64,000 bases of DNA from Eledone cirrhosa. Taxonomy: Eukaryota. Each line of letters begins with the position of its first letter. The first letter of the stretch is position 1. Both the position numbers and the translations under genes were made by a program. The stretch is from positions 24,614,001 through 24,678,000 of the forward strand of contig OZ024745.1 in assembly GCA_964016885.1 (NCBI GenBank), in the 5' to 3' direction. The notes beneath the pieces are model-generated. The model was not told where the DNA came from and searched no databases. It saw only the letters and a list, made by a program, of their open reading frames with translations. This document shows positions 56,424-64,000 of the stretch, one piece after another.

Positions 56424-56473
<50 letters not shown>

Positions 56474-56724
56474 CCGAACTTTCCTGAAGAAGGACTTCTG
56501 TCCGAAAAGTTGAACCCTCCTCCACTTCCTCCAAGCGTGAACCTAATAATACTATGTGATTTTGCATTCCTGTGTTTTGTTTTGTTTCATTTATATATAT
56601 ATATATATATATAAATGAAACAAAACAAAACACAGGAATGCAAAATCACATATTTTTAATTTATAATAAACGAAGCCAAATTTTATATATTTGACTTATT
56701 TTATATATATATATATATACATCA

Positions 56725-56756
<32 letters not shown>

Positions 56757-56786
56757 AGATCAAAAGATGGTTAAAAGAGTTCCAAG

Positions 56787-56857
56787 TATTTTATTATGCG
56801 CATTTCAAAAACAAATATCATCATGGGATGATATCTGCGTTCTCATCAGATAAAATA
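56787..56857 (-). ncRNA. Type I hammerhead ribozyme
   Basis: Perfect 8-bp stem I UAUUUUAU/AUAAAAUA, core CUGAUGA, 16-bp stem II with one mismatch, GAA, palindromic AUGCGCAU, AUA site. Confidence 0.85.
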
Positions 56858-56983
56858 GGGAGACATGATATGAAGCTTAAAAAACAGTTGTGAGCAGTGA
56901 AGTTTTAAATCAACACACACACATATATATATATATATATAGTAATAATAATTAATTTGAAGACTAAAATCCAAAGAGGGCTG

Positions 56984-57064
<81 letters not shown>

Positions 57065-57286
57065 TTAAAGCAAACATCACGGGGGCTCTATCTCAAAATT
57101 ATTTTTGAAGAGCATTAGAAATGCGCAACCGGTAAAAACTTAAAATTAAAACTGAATACTAACCAATACTTATTACTAATTTTTACTTATTCCTAATTAA
57201 ACTATTTTTCACTGGGAACAATTTGTCAGCATTTTCTTTTCCTTTTACCAATATATCACAACTCGTGTGTTACACCTCTATTCTTT

Positions 57287-57330
<44 letters not shown>

Positions 57331-57334
<4 letters not shown>

Positions 57335-58283
57335 GAAACACACAGATACATGCGGACACACACATATATACATGAATGCATCCGCACCCAACTGTGAGTT
57401 AAGGGTGCCAACTTCACCGATGTTGCTCAATGAATGACTGGGACAGACTAATTCAGTTTGAACCAGACTGAACCAGTATCAGAGTTAAAAATACATTATG
57501 AAGAGAGAAGAAACATTTAGATATAATTAGTAATAAAATGTATCATACCTAAACTGTTCCTAAATTCCTCGACTACGTAGTTTCGTGGCATAAACAAAAA
57601 CAATATATCAAAGATATAGAGTCCTTGCGAGGTCTGCCGACTTATCAAGAGGATACCTCATTTTACTAGTCTCAAGAACGCGTCTACACGACGCGAGAAA
57701 GAATCCCAAAAGGCGGAGGGGGAGACAGTCACGCGATATAACGGTCGAGAAACAGAGCTAAGCCTCTTATAACCACGAAGAAAATACCACGGAGGCGGAG
57801 GGGGTATTCACATCGAGGCCGCAGAAGAGGTAGTGAAGAAGGCGAGAAGTATGAGTAATGGAAGCTTTCCAGTTGTCCCCACACTTCAAAGATTGCTCGA
57901 CCAGAGGGAGTTATTAATATATTTAGAAACACACAGATACATGCGGACACACACATATATACATGAATGCATCCGCACCCAACTGTGAGTTAAGGGTGCC
58001 AACTTCACCGATGTTGCTCAATGAATGACTGGGACAGACTAATTCAGTTTGAACCAGACTGAACCAGTATCAGAGTTAAAAATACATTATGAAGAGAGAA
58101 GAAACATTTAGATATAATTAGTAATAAAATGTATCATACCTAAACTGTTCCTAAATTCCTCGACTACGTAGTTTCGTGGCATAAACAAAAACAATATATC
58201 AAAGATATAGAGTCCTTGCGAGGTCTGCCGACTTATCAAGAGGATACCTCATTTTACTAGTCTCAAGAACGCGTCTACACGAC
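57331..58283 (-). mobile_element. Direct tandem of a 591-bp unit (1.6 copies) with hammerheads at 57566-57653 and 58157-58244
   Basis: UCCUC-UUGAUAA-stem II-GAA-ACUACGUAGU-C-GAGGA in both copies. Flanked by (TA)n. Confidence 0.82.
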
Positions 58284-58302
58284 GCGAGAAAGAATCCCAA
58301 AA

Positions 58303-58346
<44 letters not shown>

Positions 58347-58398
58347 AGTAAATCAAATATGTAAAATTTGGTTTCGTTTATTATAAATTATAAATATG

Positions 58399-58451
58399 CT
58401 GCTATATATATTTCGGTGACAGCCATCATTGGCTGTGACCTCTTCAGGCAG
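58399..58451 (-). ncRNA. Type I hammerhead ribozyme
   Basis: CUGC-CUGAAGA-GGUCACAGCCA/AUGA/UGGCUGUCACC-GAA-AUAUAUAU-A-GCAG. Confidence 0.85.
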
Positions 58452-59449
58452 TCCGAATTGGTGTAGAAAAGACAGGTACACATGTTGTTGAATTGTGTTT
58501 CACTCCGTCAATACATCGATATGTCCAGCTCCTGGGTGTGTCGTTATTCCTCCGAGGAACTGGAATCATATGGGCTAGAACAAACGAATTTCAGCGTCAT
58601 AGGACACGCTCTTATCCCATTGGTCAGTTGTGAGACCATTCCTCAGTCAAAAATCTATAGAAATTCTTCTGAGGCATGTCAGCCTGTTATAGTTGTTTTT
58701 GTCAGAATGTTTAAGTATAGCTGACCTCCTCCATTGTGTTGGTAGTGGTAGTGGTGTTAAGGGGTAATCTAGCAGGTCGGCTTTAGTATGCTGCTGCTAT
58801 GGTCTGAAGAATCTATGTGTGTAAGCTGGCATCTATCCTGCTACCATTTCACGTGGTGGGAGTGTCAAACAAATAAAGAATGCGCGTGTGTTACAACCAA
58901 TATCAAATATTTTGAAAAATATAAACTGTTAATAGGGCAAAAGAAAAAGTACGGCTATTTCTGAACTGATCTAGAAGCTCAAGCTGGACAGGACCCCGTA
59001 CTCACTGGCCTGGTCCAAAATAAGGAAAGTACCACCTGATAGAGGGAGATCTGGCATCTGCAACCTATGTCTAAAATGGTGAGGTATGAGTTGAGGGGAA
59101 TTGGCTGCTATTTTTAGCAGATCATTTGACCTCGAAGAAACTCTATCATGGGTGAAAGTAGTTTTCTTGATGCTGGTAATGGGATGCAACTAAATACCAA
59201 AAAAAAAAATCATGATAACAATAAAAGTTTAGCACAAGGTCACATTTTGTAGGAGAGGGCCTAAGAATATATCGACTCAAATACATAACTTGGACTTTAT
59301 CTCACGTCGACTCAGATACGATTAAAATCTAGGTTAACCTCCACTTAATTTAAACCAGTCACAGAATGTGTGAGGAAACATCTTTTACAAGTAAATAACT
59401 ATCCGGTTACTAAACTAACTAAATAATTGATTAGTTACCTCATTAATAA

Positions 59450-59665
59450 TGGTTTCTGATTTAGGCACAAGGCCAACAATTTTGGAGGAATGTAAAGTTG
59501 ATTAAATCTACCCTAGTACATTACTGGTACTATATTTTATCGACCCCGTAAGGATGAAAGACAAAGCTATCGTCGGCGGGATTTGAACTCAGAACGTAAA
59601 GGGCTATTACTAAATACTGCAAAGTATTTTGTCCGACGCTCTACCGATTTTGCCAATCCACCGCT
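59450..59665 (-). mobile_element. SINE copy
   Basis: Reverse complement of the SINE consensus. Confidence 0.85.
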
Positions 59666-61135
59666 CTTACCTGAATAATAATAAAACCGAAATGAAACAG
59701 GTATATTTTTATTGGCAGCATGACCTCTCCAAAGTATAACAAAAATGTTAAACTACTTTTCTTTCAAAAGAATGATAATTTATTGAAATAAGAAATAAGA
59801 GAATAAATTATTAAAACTTCAGAAAAATTATTAAAGACAATAGAATATCAACTGGAGCGACGAGTGTGTATTACTGGTACTTACTTTGTATTGGGTGATG
59901 TCGCTGGTTAGTACAGAACAAGATACCCGTAGCATATGAAATATAGAAACGTATTAACGAGGAAGTCTATAGATGCTCGACCTGCTAGAATTAAAAGCCA
60001 AATGTCCTTCAATTCATGTCCAACTATTTTTAAAATAAATCAAGAACATGTCGGAAAATGTAGTCGTAGATATGCTTAAACAAAAGATGGAATGCTCACG
60101 GCTGAAACTTCTTTGATCGTAGTTCTCATAGGATACAGCATAAGACAGAATCTTCGAAATTCAAGTCTATATAAAATATGCGATGGTCATTATTGGAACG
60201 TCTCTGATCTGCTAGATTACGGCAACAAGAAAACAAATATTGCAGAGATTTTAATTAGAAATAAAGATTTCGTTAGCTATAACAAATTAGATAATATAAT
60301 CAATTACAGCCATAATTTAATTTTAAAAAAAACACCGCTTATTTACAAAGTCATATTCAACAGATGAAATCTGTAAAAATATTTTGAAGCATGAATGCAT
60401 GATCCCGTAATTCATGAAGGAATCGTAGGGACACTATATTGACATACGGCGTTTCTAGGTCACTTTCAAACCGGGCGGGGCCTATTCCTCCCCGGGTTGA
60501 ATACAGCAGATTCCTTCAAGAGAATCATAGATAGTGAGAGAGAGAAAGTGAGAAAACGATATAGAGGAAGAATCGACCGCGGTACAAAACTGGTACTTTT
60601 TGTCGACCTCGAAAGAATGAAAGGCAAACTTGACCTCAGAGTGATTTCAACTCAGAGATCAAAGAGCAGAAACGAATACCGCAAAGCATTCTAACCGATA
60701 TTCTAACGATTCTGTCAATCTGCCGCCTTGAAGCACGACTGCAAACAAGTAAAACTAAACATTTAATGTAAAAGATTTCCTAAATCTTTGTGAAATTGCC
60801 AAAGAACACTCATAGTTACAGCTACAAAACTTAAATACACTTCAAATTATAACACATCATAGCAATATGTTCCAGAGAAAAATGAAAAAGCAATACTCTA
60901 AATTCCAGCGAATCTACAAAATATAAAAATATATAAAAAGAGTTACAAACGTTCTCTTTTGTTTTCGTTTAGGTCCTCTCCATGTCGTATTTTCTCTAAA
61001 GCTTTTATATTTACTTTCTCCCCCCCCCCCCCTCTGACCTAAATGCTGGAGTTTTTTACGCACCTTCGTTTTACGTCATCGTCTTCCATTATGAAAATCA
61101 AATATATTAAAAATGATAGATAGATGGATAGATAG

Positions 61136-61199
<64 letters not shown>

Positions 61200-61257
61200 A
61201 GGAAATGATTGTTATTTATATAACTATAAATCTACAATATAACAAATATGTATATGT

Positions 61258-61324
<67 letters not shown>

Positions 61325-61367
61325 AGCGTGGAATATGGACGTTAAACGATGATGATGATGATAATGA

Positions 61368-61548
<181 letters not shown>

Positions 61549-62395
61549 CATATATATATCGAAAGAGTGAGAGCGAGAAAAGGTACAAAACATGAGCAGG
61601 AAATGAAAGAAAAGGAAAGAAAGGAAAGCAAAATCGATGAGGAAAAGGAAGAGAAGAAATAAAAAATAAAGAGAATGGAACGAAAGAAGGCAAAAAAGCC
61701 AATGTTTGTTTGTTTTTGTTTTTTTTTTCATTCTGGAGGAAAGAATAAAATAGATACGTTAGAAATAAATATGGAACGAACGAACACTGAAGAGAAGAAA
61801 AAGTTTTAGGAAAATGAAGGAGGAAAAATATGGAGAAAAAAATGAAAGAAAAAGGAAGGAATGTGAGAGAAAGGAAGGAATGTGAGAGAAAGGAAGGAAT
61901 GTGAGAGAAAGGAAGGAATGTGAGAGAAAGGAAGGAATGTGAGAGAAAGGAAGGAATGTGAGAGAAAGCGAAAATTAATCCAAAGCAAAAGTTTGAAAAC
62001 TGGGAGAAAAGATGTGAAAACCTAAAATAACGAATAACAAAACTTTTACAAGCAACAAAACACCTTAGCACCATCGTCACCACTGACAGCAGCACAACAG
62101 CAGCGGCAGCCAGAACAGCAGCAGCAGCAGCAGCAACAACAACAACAACAACAACAACTACTACAACATTAATAACTATAACAACGGCAACAGAGCAATA
62201 ACATTACCCAATAAATAACATGAATACGAAGGACAAGGTATAAAGATGGTGTAGAGAAACAACATTACCATCAATGCAAATATCAATTCCACCATCGACA
62301 GCAGCACATATAACACCATCTACCAGAGCAGCAGCAACAACAACAATAATTCCACCAGCAGCAGCAGCAACGATAACACCATCAACCACGGTAGC

Positions 62396-62434
<39 letters not shown>

Positions 62435-62789
62435 AATTCCACCAACAGCAGCAGTGATAACACCATCAACCACGACAGCAGCAACAACAATAATTCCACC
62501 ATCAGCAGCAGTGATAACATCATCAACCACGGCAGCAGCAACAACAATAATTCCACCATCAGCCCTTGTAACAATATCAACCACGGCAGCAGCAGCAGCA
62601 GCAGCAACAACAACAGCAACCAGCACAATGCCAGTAACAGCAACAAGGACACTAACAGGAACAACAGCAACATCAATGCCAGCAGCAGCACTAGTAACAA
62701 CATGAACCACATCAGCAGCACCACTACCAACAACAACACCAGTAACTATCTATGCAAGCAACAACAATAACAAGGACACTAACATTGTT

Positions 62790-62970
62790 TTTACTTTTGG
62801 CACAAGGCCAGCAATTACCCCAGTGTATTACTGGTGCTTTATTTTATCGACCCCGTAAGGAGGAAAGGCAAAGTTAACCTCGGTGGGATTTGAACTCAGA
62901 CCATAAAGGACGATAACTCTTTTCTGCAAAGCATGGCGTCCGAACCTCTACCAATTCTGCCAATCCACAC
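62790..62970 (-). mobile_element. SINE copy
   Basis: Reverse complement of the SINE consensus. Confidence 0.85.
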
Positions 62971-63280
62971 TAACATTAACAACAATAACAAGAACAGCAA
63001 TAACAACCATCTGTGGCAAGCAACATCAACAACAACAATGACACTAATATTAACAACAACAACAACACTAACTAATCTACTAACTAGTTAATTAAAGCCC
63101 TCACTAACTAGAACACCCTAAAAGTAGTTCTGTAATGTAGTACCATCTAGTAGGAACTTTAAATCACACTACACCGATTGAAAAAAACAAGGGAAGAAAA
63201 TACACATTGTGCAATGTGGTCCTAGATACACTGTGTGAAAAGAAAAGACTAACTGCTTATGGTTGAAATAACTTTCAGTA

Positions 63281-63440
63281 TACGAGGGTTGGCTGAAAAG
63301 TTCATAGGCTGACTACAAAGGAGTGATGCTAGAGCTGTGAAATATTCCATGCATTAATTTCAACTCTTTTTACTAATATCTCTAGTGTTTCTTTACAGGG
63401 ACTATGTTAAAAAATAAAACTCTTTTGGTCATTTCATGAC
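63281..63440. mobile_element. Partial mariner-type MITE
   Basis: TACGAGGGTTGGCTGAAAAGTTCATAGGCTGAC terminus. Confidence 0.75.
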
Positions 63441-63928
63441 CTGTTCTAAGTTGTCATATGAAGTGGAGGTTGCCAAGATTAGATCTGCCGAGAATTGGGC
63501 AGGTTTATGCACCTCTGACTACACTACAAACGAAATTTGTACCGATCCCCTTTTCTAAAAGCTTTGGTCGTTGCAATTATGTGCCTGAAGTTGTCTGCAA
63601 CATCCCTTTTGTTCAGGTCTATTGCTGCATCTTTACTAAAACCTAACGGATTTGGTGCGATGTTTTTAGTGAGACCCGACACAAGTTATTAATAACTCCG
63701 TCATTTCCACTTAAATAATTCCTGAACATTTTCTGTGCTGGGAACGATGTCTTCAAATTCTACTAGCTGGGATTCTGTCAATTAGCTTTGTCTAAGTTAA
63801 TCATGCAGATCATAATATATATTTAAAGAAGGACACGTAGGAAAACGACGAGATGGTCACGTTTGGAATGTCTTGTTCCACTCAGTCAAAACTTGCATCG
63901 GTCCCAATAATAGTAACAATAAAAATGA

Positions 63929-64000
63929 TTTCTTTATTGGCCACAAGGGCCTGCATATAGGGGACATTACAAAAAGACAGGGACAGTGGGGTTTTACAAT
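63929..64000 (-). mobile_element. 3' end of another Tx1-type LINE (runs off window)
   Basis: TTCTTTATTGGCCACAAGGG...GGGACATTACAA...GGGGTTTTACA matches the 3'UTR ends at 6841 and 7227. Confidence 0.75.

Noticed and set aside
62204-62739. Repetitive Val/Ala/Thr ORFs
   Set aside because: Minisatellite built from (CAA/CAG) repeats, open on both strands.
63458-63780. Possible decayed helicase-like coding fragment (IIATTKAF on the minus strand)
   Set aside because: Too short and interrupted by stops; cannot be supported without a homology search.

Overview
Eukaryotic (metazoan) repeat-saturated DNA, probably from an octopus-like cephalopod (inferred from the SINE types and extreme microsatellite density). 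No host protein-coding gene can be supported, and most long ORFs in the track are translations of microsatellites. Real coding content is limited to retroelements: a near full-length L1/Tx1-type LINE (7222-12931, minus; ORF1 with a zinc knuckle, ORF2 APE-RT, one frameshift in each), three truncated Tx1 copies, and R4/Dong-, CRE- and RTE-like fragments. There are also about 20 tRNA-derived SINEs, mariner- and piggyBac-type MITEs and two non-autonomous Helitrons, one carrying about 34 tandem copies of its own 5' end. The main discovery is that many short 'unique' islands between (TA)n tracts carry type I hammerhead ribozymes (CUGANGA...GAAA, palindromic stem III). These belong to at least eight sequence-unrelated Penelope-pLTR/retrozyme-like families. 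They include 557-bp and 591-bp tandem units that could be processed to unit-length (circular) RNAs, and cores with a compensatory U3-A8 swap. All folds were read by eye; activity and expression are untested.
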